Below, piece by piece: positions 31,101 through 39,883 of a stretch of DNA of 64,000 bases. The stretch covers positions 576,001 through 640,000 of the forward strand of contig CBDEUS010000002.1 of the NCBI GenBank assembly GCA_965243395.1, read 5' to 3'. The DNA is from Gammaproteobacteria bacterium. GTDB taxonomy: Bacteria; Pseudomonadota; Gammaproteobacteria; UBA4575. Under the pieces are notes generated by a model, which was not told the DNA's origin, did not search any database, and was given only the letters and a program-made list of their open reading frames with translations. How positions within the stretch are numbered: position 1 is the stretch's first letter; the number at the start of each line of letters is the position of its first letter. A program made the position numbers and the translations under genes.

Positions 31101-34100
31101 CACAGCAATGCGGTCGGTGAATACGTTACGTTCCCGATAACCACGCCAAATACTGGTGCACATGATTTTGAGTTGCGCTATCACTTATCAAAATATCGTG
31201 GCACATTCCGAGTAGAGGTTGCCGATAATCTAAGTGGTCCCTACACTCAGATTGGCGTTATGAATGATACGGTCAGCAATGGCAGTTCTGTTCGTAGCCT
31301 ATCCATGACAACCACATTTAGTAGTGCGGGGACTAAGTATCTACGCTTCACCGTCACCGGATCGAGTCCTATAGGTAATGAGCGTATGGGCTTAGATAAA
31401 GTTGATGTGACCTCTAGTGGCGGGGGTGGATCAAACAACAATCCACCGACGATTACAACACCTGGGGCACAAACGAATAACGAAGGCGATGGCGTAAGTG
31501 GGTTTTTTATTACTGCGAATGATCCGGATGGTGATACCTTAATCTTTAGCGAGAGTGGACTGCCAACAGGATTAACAATTAATCCAAGTACTGGTGAGAT
31601 TACAGGATCTACTACAACAGCAGGCAGTTTTAATCCAACCATTACAGTGGATGATGGTAATGGGGGGAGTGCGAACACATCGTTTTCATGGACAGTGCAA
31701 AGTGTAGGCGGCAACAATCCACCGACGATTACAACACCTGGGGCACAAACGAATAACGAAGGCGATGGCGTAAGTGGGTTTTTTATTACTGCGAATGATC
31801 CGGATGGTGATACCTTAATCTTTAGCGAGAGTGGACTGCCAACAGGATTAACAATTAATCCAAGTACTGGTGAGATTACAGGATCTACTACAACAGCAGG
31901 CAGTTTTAATCCAACCATTACAGTGGATGATGGTAATGGGGGGAGTGCGAACACATCGTTTTCATGGACAGTGCAAAGTGGAGGTGGAGGTGGAGGTGGG
32001 CCACCTCAAACTGAAACATTCGAATTTGAAAACCTGTTGGTAGCCGATAGCGATGGCACAACAAACTCTTCAATTGCTTCATCGGGCGCGGCAAGTAACG
32101 GTCAATACTTTTTATATCACAGCAATGCGGTCGGTGAATACGTTACGTTCCCGATAACCACGCCAAATACTGGTGCACATGATTTTGAGTTGCGCTATCA
32201 CTTATCAAAATATCGTGGCACATTCCGAGTAGAGGTTGCCGATAATCTAAGTGGTCCCTACACTCAGATTGGCGTTATGAATGATACGGTCAGCAATGGC
32301 AGTTCTGTTCGTAGCCTATCCATGACAACCACATTTAGTAGTGCGGGGACTAAGTATCTACGCTTCACCGTCACCGGATCGAGTCCTATAGGTAATGAGC
32401 GTATGGGCTTAGATAAAGTTGATGTGACCTCTAGTGGTATGGCATTAACAATAGATCCATTCAGTTCAGCACCTATTGCGACGGGCATAAGTAAAACATT
32501 TATTGGATCAGCTCAGGGTAGTGGCGTAATAGAATACAGCTGGTCATTTGGCGATGGGACAACGACTCCGTTCACAACTGACCCGAGCGCAACACACACT
32601 TATACCGCACCTGGGCGATATCTTGTTGCACTACAAGTACGCAATGAAAGTGAACAAGACAGCTTAACCATTACCCAAGCGGTCCATTTACCTATTGCAG
32701 GTACACCCATATCCGATTCCACGATCTTATATGAATCATTAACAGGCGTAGATCGAGTGTGGAATGTGAATCCTGATAATGATTCAGTAGCTGTTATTGA
32801 TGTTGCAACACGAACTAAAATTGCAGAAATAGCAACCAATACTAAACCAGTTGCACTTACGATTAATCCAAATAGTTCTGAAGTGTGGATAGCTAATAAA
32901 GGGGCTGCTACGATTACACGTATCTCACTTACTACACTCTCAACCGTGAATGAGATTGCCTTACCAGCTGGCTCACGACCCCATGGTATTGTATTTAATG
33001 CAGTAACAGATAGAGCCTTTGTTGCGTTAGAAGCTTTAAAACAAGTTGTACGTGTTAACGCTACTACCAATCAAGTTGAAAATACTTTAGATGTACCAGA
33101 AGGTGTAAGACATCTTGCCTTATCGATTGATGGTTCTGAATTATATGCTCCCGTTTTTCATACTCCAAAATTACTTGGAGAAGATACGGCTACCCCATCC
33201 TTAACAGATGGAAATGGAAATTTAGTAGGCGGTATCATAAACCGCATTCAAGTAAGCAATTTAACGCTTAATAGTACTCCGATAGTAGTTCCTTATAGTA
33301 ATGTCGCTTTTTCTGAGCACACAGGCCCAGGTTTGCCAAATTATTTACGTGGTCTGGCTGTCTCTCCAGATGGTATTAATGCTTTCATTCCTTCTAAACA
33401 AGACAATATACTTTCCGGAGCTTTGCGAAATGTACCAAGTGGACAATTGTTAGATCATGAACACACCGTTAGAGCGATTACATCTCATATTAATTTAGCT
33501 ACTAGTAATTCTGATATTAGCAATCAAATAGATCACGATAATGTAAGCGCTTTATCCGCGGCTGTATATGGACCATTCGGAAGTTACTTGTTTGTAGCGT
33601 TGGAAGGAACGCGAATGGTATCTGTGGTCGATGCATTCCAAAAAGAAGAATTGTTCCGTTTTCCATCAGGACGAGCGCCTCAAGGGGTTGTTGCAAGTCC
33701 AGATGGTCAGTTACTTTTTGCACATAACTACCTTGACCGCACAGTTTCTATTCACGATGTTTCTAAAATAATTTTAGAGGGCGTAAACCAGCAAACCTTA
33801 TTAGCTTCTGTATCAGTTGTTGGAAGTGAGTCTCTTGCATCTAATATTTTATTAGGTAAACAGCATTTTTATGATGCCCTCGACCCGAGATTGTCGTTGG
33901 AATCTTACATGTCATGTGCAATATGTCATAACGACGGTGGCCATGATGGACGAATATGGGACTTCACGCAATTTGGTGAGGGTTTAAGAAATACTACGAC
34001 TCTCAATGGACAAGCAGGTACTACAATTGGTCCGGTTCACTGGACGGGCAATTTTGATGAGATCCAAGATTTTGAAGCACAGATACGCAATTTTGCTGGC

Positions 34101-34610
34101 GGAACTGGACTGATGAATGATAGTGACTTTAATGAAGGAACACGTTCCCAACCTTTGGGAGATACTAAAGCTGGATTCAGTGCTGATCTCGATGCATTAG
34201 CAGCTTATGTAAATTCTTTAGCCACTGTACCCGCTAGCCCATATCGAGATTCTAATGGACAACTTACTGCAGCTGCACAAACAGGTAAACAACTGTTTGC
34301 AACTTTTAATTGTGCAAGTTGCCATAGTGGCGACTTTTTCTCAGATAGTGCAGTAGATACACGTCATGACATTGGAACTATAGATACCGCAAGCGGCAAT
34401 CGTCTTGGCGCAAGTTTAGATGGATTTGATACTCCTACGTTAAAAGGCTTATGGTTAACACCTCCATACCTGCATGATGGTTCTGCTAATACCATTTCAG
34501 AAGCCATACTTGCACACACCAATTTAATTATTAGCAGTACAGAAGCGGATTCAATCAGCGAATACTTAATGCAAGCAGACGAACAAGAGTCTGCACCCCT
34601 TCCGCCTTAA
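28173..34610 (+). CDS. Giant secreted multidomain protein: copper-radical oxidase + 5 Ig-like + 3 CBM6/35-like + PKD + YVTN beta-propeller + di-haem cytochrome c peroxidase-like domain
   Basis: Hydrophobic N-terminus. HDVFC, RWYP, RNYHS and ATHAIN give the Cys-Tyr cofactor and Cu ligands. DPDGDTL.FS..GLP.GL Ig repeats; WSFGDG PKD; NPDNDSVAVID propeller; CAICH and CASCH haem sites; TPTLKGLWLTPPYLHDGS. Confidence 0.9.
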   Translation: MHKVIYLLGFLVKYFCFFVLIILSGVSFSAPEDPQEGGAWGPVIPAPLVAVSAANLPDGRILMWSANERTNFRNSTIEFAYTAVWDPQSNSFLEIPHLTHDVFCAHQVLLEDGRVFVNGGRNRSDSPWTSIFDPSTNQWVQLNNMNRGRWYPTTVALPNGTVMTSLGSGGGNTGELWDGSSTWNYIGGINFDEPILNFPHPEAKWWPIMHVAPDGRIFHSGPTPDMHIIDLSGIGSITQTNTHNDWYPKHGTTVMYDEGKLLVAGGWADESDTTSVNNAMVIDLNNPSPQITPIAPMIHSRKFHSGVTLPNGEVLIVGGNTSGKKTNDEGSIYSVEIWNPNTGLWREGASMSIPRNYHSVVLLMLDGRVYAGGGGLCDCSADHQDQQIYSPPYLFNPDGTVATRPIIFSVPSVVEAGQTINVSATPGLSQFSIVKMSSATHAINTDLRYLPVVMNEVSAGDYELTLHSNINVMTPGYWMLFGLNPQGTPSVAKAIRVSTQGLETGPPSLKQMSDKISDQDEVINLTLVANDPDGDTLTFSATGLPQGLSLDSASGVINGLTEQTGIYNTSITVDDGNGGSANTSFSWTVQSGGGGGGGPPQTETFEFENLLVADSDGTTNSSIASSGAASNGQYFLYHSNAVGEYVTFPITTPNTGAHDFELRYHLSKYRGTFRVEVADNLSGPYTQIGVMNDTVSNGSSVRSLSMTTTFSSAGTKYLRFTVTGSSPIGNERMGLDKVDVTSSGGGGSNNNPPTITTPGAQTNNEGDGVSGFFITANDPDGDTLIFSESGLPTGLTINPSTGEITGSTTTAGSFNPTITVDDGNGGSANTSFSWTVQSVGGNNPPTITTPGAQTNNEGDGVSGFFITANDPDGDTLIFSESGLPTGLTINPSTGEITGSTTTAGSFNPTITVDDGNGGSANTSFSWTVQSGGGGGGGPPQTETFEFENLLVADSDGTTNSSIASSGAASNGQYFLYHSNAVGEYVTFPITTPNTGAHDFELRYHLSKYRGTFRVEVADNLSGPYTQIGVMNDTVSNGSSVRSLSMTTTFSSAGTKYLRFTVTGSSPIGNERMGLDKVDVTSSGGGGSNNNPPTITTPGAQTNNEGDGVSGFFITANDPDGDTLIFSESGLPTGLTINPSTGEITGSTTTAGSFNPTITVDDGNGGSANTSFSWTVQSVGGNNPPTITTPGAQTNNEGDGVSGFFITANDPDGDTLIFSESGLPTGLTINPSTGEITGSTTTAGSFNPTITVDDGNGGSANTSFSWTVQSGGGGGGGPPQTETFEFENLLVADSDGTTNSSIASSGAASNGQYFLYHSNAVGEYVTFPITTPNTGAHDFELRYHLSKYRGTFRVEVADNLSGPYTQIGVMNDTVSNGSSVRSLSMTTTFSSAGTKYLRFTVTGSSPIGNERMGLDKVDVTSSGMALTIDPFSSAPIATGISKTFIGSAQGSGVIEYSWSFGDGTTTPFTTDPSATHTYTAPGRYLVALQVRNESEQDSLTITQAVHLPIAGTPISDSTILYESLTGVDRVWNVNPDNDSVAVIDVATRTKIAEIATNTKPVALTINPNSSEVWIANKGAATITRISLTTLSTVNEIALPAGSRPHGIVFNAVTDRAFVALEALKQVVRVNATTNQVENTLDVPEGVRHLALSIDGSELYAPVFHTPKLLGEDTATPSLTDGNGNLVGGIINRIQVSNLTLNSTPIVVPYSNVAFSEHTGPGLPNYLRGLAVSPDGINAFIPSKQDNILSGALRNVPSGQLLDHEHTVRAITSHINLATSNSDISNQIDHDNVSALSAAVYGPFGSYLFVALEGTRMVSVVDAFQKEELFRFPSGRAPQGVVASPDGQLLFAHNYLDRTVSIHDVSKIILEGVNQQTLLASVSVVGSESLASNILLGKQHFYDALDPRLSLESYMSCAICHNDGGHDGRIWDFTQFGEGLRNTTTLNGQAGTTIGPVHWTGNFDEIQDFEAQIRNFAGGTGLMNDSDFNEGTRSQPLGDTKAGFSADLDALAAYVNSLATVPASPYRDSNGQLTAAAQTGKQLFATFNCASCHSGDFFSDSAVDTRHDIGTIDTASGNRLGASLDGFDTPTLKGLWLTPPYLHDGSANTISEAILAHTNLIISSTEADSISEYLMQADEQESAPLPP
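29883..32437 (+). repeat. Intragenic tandem repeat, 1017-bp period, about 2.5 copies, with a nested 276-bp Ig unit
   Basis: ATTACAGTGGATGATGG recurs at 29883, 30900 and 31917; AACAATCCACCGACG recurs at 30420/30696 and 1017 bp later. No mismatches noticed by eye. Confidence 0.95.
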
Positions 34611-34614
34611 TGGG

Positions 34615-35892
34615 TTATTTATTCACAGCTTTGTATCCAATATCAGATCGATAAAACATATCAGGCCATGAAATTTGTTTTGTTAGTTCGTAGGCATTCT
34701 GCTGAGCTTCACTAACCGAATCTCCTAGTGCAGTTGCACATAACACGCGGCCACCATTAGTGACTATTTTATCTTTTTCAATTTTAGTGCCGGCATGAAA
34801 AACTTTTTGTGAAGCAGAATCTTGTTTATCTAACCCTTGTATGGTGTCACCTTTTTGATAACTTTCTGGATAACCTCCTGCTGCTAACACCACGCCTAGT
34901 GCAGTACGATCATCCCAATCGATAGTGTGTTGATGCAGTTGTTTATTTACTCCAGCTATACACAACTCGGCAAAGTCCGATTGCATGCGCATTAAAATAG
35001 GTTGTGTTTCAGGATCTCCAAAACGGCAATTAAATTCCAATACATACGGATTACGATTTTTATCAATCATTAATCCGGCATATAAGAACCCAATATATGG
35101 AGTGCCTTGTTTTGCAAAGCCTTGCACGACTGGTTGTATTACTTGTGCGAGTATTTTTTCATGCATTACATCGTCAATAATTGGTGCTGGAGAATACGCT
35201 CCCATGCCACCTGTGTTGGGCCCCTTGTCCCCTTCATCTCGTGCTTTATGGTCTTGTGAGCTGGCTAACGGCAATACATGTTCACCATCGATCATACATA
35301 TAAAGCTAGCTTCTTCGCCCTGAATAAATTCTTCCACCACAATGCGATGACCAGCTTCACCAAAACTGGAGCCACTTAGCATTTGTTTTGCACATTGCAA
35401 TGCTTCATCTAAATGCATTGCAATCACAACACCTTTTCCAGCAGCCAACCCGTCCGCTTTAATAACAAGCGGGAAAGATTGAGATGAAATATAATTTTCA
35501 GCTTTTTGATAATCCGTAAACACGGCATAAGCACCTGTAGGGATTTCGTGTTGTTGCATAAACTGTTTGGCAAAAGCTTTTGAGCCTTCTAGTTGTGCAG
35601 TTGCAGCAGAAGGCCCATAAATTTTCAATGCATCTTTTTGAAATTCATCCACAATACCTTCAACTAAAGGCGCTTCAGGTCCGACAATAGTTAAGTCAAT
35701 GTTGTTTTGTAGCGCGAAAGATTTAAGAGCAGGTATATCTTCAGCATCAATAGCTATGTTTTCAGTTTTTGCCTCGCTGGCAGTTCCTGCGTTGCCGGGG
35801 GCTACAAAAACTTTTGAAACTTTGCTGGATTGTGCAATCTTCCATGCAAGAGCATGTTCACGGCCACCGCCGCCTACAATTAATATTTTCAT
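34615..35892 (-). CDS. purD: Phosphoribosylamine--glycine ligase
   Basis: GGGGREHALAW, VGPEAPL, KADGLAAGKGV, GPNTGGMGAYSP, RFGDPETQ. Confidence 0.99.
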   Translation of the reverse strand: MKILIVGGGGREHALAWKIAQSSKVSKVFVAPGNAGTASEAKTENIAIDAEDIPALKSFALQNNIDLTIVGPEAPLVEGIVDEFQKDALKIYGPSAATAQLEGSKAFAKQFMQQHEIPTGAYAVFTDYQKAENYISSQSFPLVIKADGLAAGKGVVIAMHLDEALQCAKQMLSGSSFGEAGHRIVVEEFIQGEEASFICMIDGEHVLPLASSQDHKARDEGDKGPNTGGMGAYSPAPIIDDVMHEKILAQVIQPVVQGFAKQGTPYIGFLYAGLMIDKNRNPYVLEFNCRFGDPETQPILMRMQSDFAELCIAGVNKQLHQHTIDWDDRTALGVVLAAGGYPESYQKGDTIQGLDKQDSASQKVFHAGTKIEKDKIVTNGGRVLCATALGDSVSEAQQNAYELTKQISWPDMFYRSDIGYKAVNK

Positions 35893-35893
35893 T

Positions 35894-36787
35894 TTAAATT
35901 GTGTATTGAGTCAGAACGTATGCGAGTGCTAATGGTAAAGTAATCATAGCGAATAAGTTACCTAGTAACACAATAGATGCAACAGATTCTGGTTGTTGGT
36001 TAAACCGTTCTGCGAATAAAAAATTCATCACTGCTGGGGGGAGTGCCCCAAATAATAATAAAGAACCTGCTTGAATTGCATTCAAATCAAATAACATTAC
36101 TATTAAAAAGGCAATTGAAAATCCAATTGCGGGTGAAAGTACACCAAACAACACTCCAATTTTCCATTCTTGAAAATCGATGCTGGCAATTTTCACGCCC
36201 AGGGAAAATAACATCAGCGGAATGGCAATTTGGCCTAACATTGTAATAGGCAACATTACACTGCTCGGAATTATCAATGGCGACATATTAATAATCAGAG
36301 CCAGTACAGCTGCCCAAATAACAACTTGGCGTAAGAGAATTTTTATACCCTGACCAGCACTGAGGATATAAGTACCTAATCCATAATGCGAAATGTTACC
36401 GACCAAAAATAGCACTAACCCTGTGACTAAACCTGGTTTTCCAAATGCCAAACTCATGATCGGCAAGCCAACATTTCCTGCATTATGAAACATCATAGGC
36501 GGCGCAATGGTGCGAAACTTGTAATGTGTTGTATTAGATATAATGAGTGCAATAAGACCCGCGCCTAAAACGATTGCTAATCCTGCGAATACCAATGAAA
36601 TATGTGGCGCCAATGAAAATGCTTTATCACTAAAAGCAGAAAATACCAACGCCGGAACAAATACGTCTATATTCAAGTGATTGGCAGTGTTCATATCTAA
36701 GTTTGAGATACGCCCAAGCACCCAACCAATTGCAACGATTGCCACAATAGGAAACATAATACTTAATATTTGAACAATAAGTGCCAT
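35894..36787 (-). CDS. AEC (auxin efflux carrier) family transporter
   Basis: Multiple TM segments, NAGNVGLP and LPPAV motifs. Confidence 0.88.
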   Translation of the reverse strand: MALIVQILSIMFPIVAIVAIGWVLGRISNLDMNTANHLNIDVFVPALVFSAFSDKAFSLAPHISLVFAGLAIVLGAGLIALIISNTTHYKFRTIAPPMMFHNAGNVGLPIMSLAFGKPGLVTGLVLFLVGNISHYGLGTYILSAGQGIKILLRQVVIWAAVLALIINMSPLIIPSSVMLPITMLGQIAIPLMLFSLGVKIASIDFQEWKIGVLFGVLSPAIGFSIAFLIVMLFDLNAIQAGSLLLFGALPPAVMNFLFAERFNQQPESVASIVLLGNLFAMITLPLALAYVLTQYTI

Positions 36788-36814
36788 CAATAACTTTGGA
36801 GATAAATTAATGGA

Positions 36815-36940
36815 ATTATAATTGTGTATATTGTCTTGAGATTAGGCGTGGAATTTTCGAGAAATGGAGTTTACAAATAGGTAAATGAATATCGCAGAAA
36901 ATTTCACAACAACATATCAAGACAATAGGCGCATTATAAT
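36815..36940. mobile_element. 126-bp ERIC-like miniature inverted-repeat element (MITE)
   Basis: Imperfect terminal inverted repeats ATTATAAT-N6-TATTGTCTTGA / TCAAGACAATA-N5-ATTATAAT; internal AGGCG, GGAGTTTAC...GTAAATGA and CAAC motifs in ERIC order; abuts the purH stop. Confidence 0.65.
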
Positions 36941-38515
36941 TTAGTGGCGGAAATGTCGTAGGTTAGTGAACACCATCGCCATTCCAAACTCATCTACTGC
37001 TTCAATTACTTCTTTGTCATTCATTGAACCGCCAGGCTGAATAATGGCAGTAATCTCATTTTTATGTGCAGCATCTATGGCATCACGGAAAGGGAAAAAA
37101 GCATCTGAAGCCATTACTGAACCTGCTACTTCTAAGTTTTCATCTTGTGCTTTAATTGCAGCAATGCGTGCAGAATACACACGACTCATTTGTCCTGCAC
37201 CCACACCAATGGTTTGTTGATTGCGTGCGAATACTATTGCATTCGATTTCACAAATTTAACAACTTTCCAGGAAAATAATAAATCTCGAATTTCATCTTC
37301 ACTTGGTGCGCGTTTGGAAACAATTTTTAAATCGTCATGATGAATAACACCTAGATCACGATCTTGAACAAGTAAGCCACCCAATACGCGTTTGAAATCA
37401 AAAGTTTCAACTGTTCCCTCCCAGGTACCACATTCTAGAACACGTACATTTTTCTTACTGGCTAACAGTGAACGTGTATCTTCGGGAATAGTCGGTGCAA
37501 TCAGTACTTCTACAAATTGTCTATCAATTATCGTTTTTGCAGTATTAGCATCTAATGATTGATTGAATGCGATGATGCCGCCAAATGCTGAAGTAGGATC
37601 CGTTTGATAGGCTAATTCATAAGCTTGTAAACAATCATCTGCAACTGCAACCCCACAAGGGTTAGCATGTTTCACAATTACACATGCGGGGTCTGTGAAT
37701 TGTCGAACACATTCTAGTGCCGCATCGGTATCCGCTACATTATTATAAGAAAGTTCTTTGCCTTGAATAACCTTAGAAGATGCAACACTAGGTTCTAGCA
37801 CGCCCTCTTCTATATAAAACGCACCACGTTGATGCGGGTTTTCTCCATAACGTAAAACTTGAGATTGCTGGAATTGCAAATTTAAAGTACGTGGAAAAGT
37901 GGAGTCACTATCAGGAAGTTTTTTCCCTAGATAGTTTGCAATCATGCCGTCATACTGCGCGGTGTGTTCAAACGTTTTTACGGCAAGATCAAAGCGTAGC
38001 TCATCCTCTAGTACACAATGATTGTTGGTTAATTCTTCTAAAATTGCAGCGTAATCTGCCGGGTTAACTACAACGGCTACATGGCAGTGGTTTTTAGCAG
38101 CCGCGCGCAACATTGCAGGGCCACCTATATCAATATTCTCAATGGCATCTTCTAGGGTGCAATCCGGTTTTGAAACTGTAGCCGCAAAGGGGTAGAGATT
38201 GATAACAACTAAATCGATAGGAGCAATATCATGCTCTTGCATGACTTGATCATCTGTACCACGACGACCAAGAATACCGCCATGAATTTTTGGGTGTAAT
38301 GTTTTTACACGACCATCCATCATTTCTGGAAAGCCGGTGTAATCGGATACTTCAATTACATCAAGACCATTTTCACTTAATAATTTTGCCGTACCACCTG
38401 TGGATAACAATTCAATATCAAGCTTGTTCAGTGCACGTGCAAAATCAACGATTCCCGTTTTATCGGAAACGCTGATTAAGGCACGACGAATAGGTTGCGG
38501 CTCAGATTTAGCCAA
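36941..38515 (-). CDS. purH: Bifunctional AICAR transformylase/IMP cyclohydrolase
   Basis: [40 protein letters not shown]. Confidence 0.99.
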   Translation of the reverse strand: MAKSEPQPIRRALISVSDKTGIVDFARALNKLDIELLSTGGTAKLLSENGLDVIEVSDYTGFPEMMDGRVKTLHPKIHGGILGRRGTDDQVMQEHDIAPIDLVVINLYPFAATVSKPDCTLEDAIENIDIGGPAMLRAAAKNHCHVAVVVNPADYAAILEELTNNHCVLEDELRFDLAVKTFEHTAQYDGMIANYLGKKLPDSDSTFPRTLNLQFQQSQVLRYGENPHQRGAFYIEEGVLEPSVASSKVIQGKELSYNNVADTDAALECVRQFTDPACVIVKHANPCGVAVADDCLQAYELAYQTDPTSAFGGIIAFNQSLDANTAKTIIDRQFVEVLIAPTIPEDTRSLLASKKNVRVLECGTWEGTVETFDFKRVLGGLLVQDRDLGVIHHDDLKIVSKRAPSEDEIRDLLFSWKVVKFVKSNAIVFARNQQTIGVGAGQMSRVYSARIAAIKAQDENLEVAGSVMASDAFFPFRDAIDAAHKNEITAIIQPGGSMNDKEVIEAVDEFGMAMVFTNLRHFRH

Positions 38516-38573
38516 CTAGAGAATAACCAATTAACGAATTTTGGTGTATTGCTTAATAACTTGTACGAAGTGA

Positions 38574-38855
38574 CTAGTTAAGACCGTAGATTTTAAGCTT
38601 TTTGCGGAGTGTGCCTCGGTTAAGGCCTAGACATCTTGCTGCTTTGGTTTGGTTGCCGTTGCAATATTGCATAACAGATTCAAGAAGAGGGCGTTCAACC
38701 TCCTCGATAAACATTTTATACAGCTCTTCAGGTTCATGACCACTTAAAGAGTTTAAGTAAAGTCTAAATGAATTTTTAACATTATCACGCAAAGGTTGTT
38801 TGCGGCGTTCTTGATGTAAATTTGTAACTTGTGCTGTAGAAAATGATGCGTTCAT
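38574..38855 (-). CDS. fis: DNA-binding protein Fis
   Basis: EVERPLL, GNQTKAA..LGLNRGTLRKKLK.YGL; downstream of dusB. Confidence 0.95.
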   Translation of the reverse strand: MNASFSTAQVTNLHQERRKQPLRDNVKNSFRLYLNSLSGHEPEELYKMFIEEVERPLLESVMQYCNGNQTKAARCLGLNRGTLRKKLKIYGLN

Positions 38856-39883
38856 GCGGCTAACTCCGTTATGTATGTATGCTGATATTTAAAGAAATCT
38901 TTTAAAAAATTTTGTTGTTGTTTAGGACAATCTGTTTTTAACAATGCATCTTTAAATATCGCATAGCCTTTATAATTTTTTAAGTACCAAGTGATATGTT
39001 TTCGAGCAACACGTACACCCACTTTATTTCCATAATGCGAATATAACCCAAAAGTATGAGTTAGTACTACGTTTTCGATTTCTTCCAATGAGGGTGTGGG
39101 CAGCATCTTTTTATTGTTTAGTAGGTAATTTACTTGTTTAAATATCCAAGGATTACCTTGCGCTGCTCTCCCTATCATAATCGCATTTGCTCCGGTAAAA
39201 GCCAAGACCTTTTTTGCACTTTGTGGAGAATTTATATCGCCATTTGCAATTACTGGAATAGACACTACATTTTTTATAGATTTTATTGTTTCGTATTCTG
39301 CATTTCCTTTATACATGCATTGACGTGTGCGTCCATGTATGGCAAGGGATTGTACTCCGCTAGATTCAGCAATTTTTGCAATGGTTTTTGCATTTTTATT
39401 TTGCGGATCTATTCCAGTACGCATCTTTAGCGTAACTGGTGCATGCACTGCTTTAACTACTGCATCTAAAATGCGTGCAACTTTTTTTTCATCCGCTAAC
39501 AAAGCTGAACCTGCTTGACTTTTGCAAACTCTTTTGGCCGGACACCCCATATTGATATCGACGATTTGAGCACCTTTGTCTACACATAGCTTTGCAGCTG
39601 TTGCCATCATTTCAGGTTTTGTCCCAGCAATTTGTACGATACGTGGTTCTGGATCTGATGGCTTAATTATTCGTTGAGAACTTTTATTACTTTTCCAATG
39701 TGCAATATCCGAGGTAAGCATTTCAGAAACGGTCGCGGTAGCGCCCATTTGCGTACATATGTGACGATAAACACTATCCGTAATTCCTGCCATGGGTGCT
39801 AAAAGAGCATGGCCTGATAAGGTGTAGGGACCAATTTTCAAAGGCTTAAGTGGCGGTTCAGAAGAATTCGAATTCATATGCAA
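38852..39883 (-). CDS. dusB: tRNA-dihydrouridine synthase B (true start possibly TTG at 39841)
   Basis: LAPMAGITD, DINMGCPAK, HGRTR, ANGDI, MIGRAAQGNPW. Confidence 0.96.
   Translation of the reverse strand: MHMNSNSSEPPLKPLKIGPYTLSGHALLAPMAGITDSVYRHICTQMGATATVSEMLTSDIAHWKSNKSSQRIIKPSDPEPRIVQIAGTKPEMMATAAKLCVDKGAQIVDINMGCPAKRVCKSQAGSALLADEKKVARILDAVVKAVHAPVTLKMRTGIDPQNKNAKTIAKIAESSGVQSLAIHGRTRQCMYKGNAEYETIKSIKNVVSIPVIANGDINSPQSAKKVLAFTGANAIMIGRAAQGNPWIFKQVNYLLNNKKMLPTPSLEEIENVVLTHTFGLYSHYGNKVGVRVARKHITWYLKNYKGYAIFKDALLKTDCPKQQQNFLKDFFKYQHTYITELAA

Noticed and set aside
29883-32437. Repeat array as a CRISPR or mobile element
   Set aside because: Units are 276 and 1017 bp, in frame and coding, with no unique spacers, cas genes or terminal repeats.
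30230-33070. Long antisense ORFs (235, 235, 74 and 156 aa) inside the giant gene
   Set aside because: Shadows of the plus-strand repeats. They recur with the same 1017-bp period and show no protein-family motifs.
38516-38573. Purine or ZTP riboswitch upstream of purH
   Set aside because: The gap is only 58 nt and shows no recognisable aptamer.
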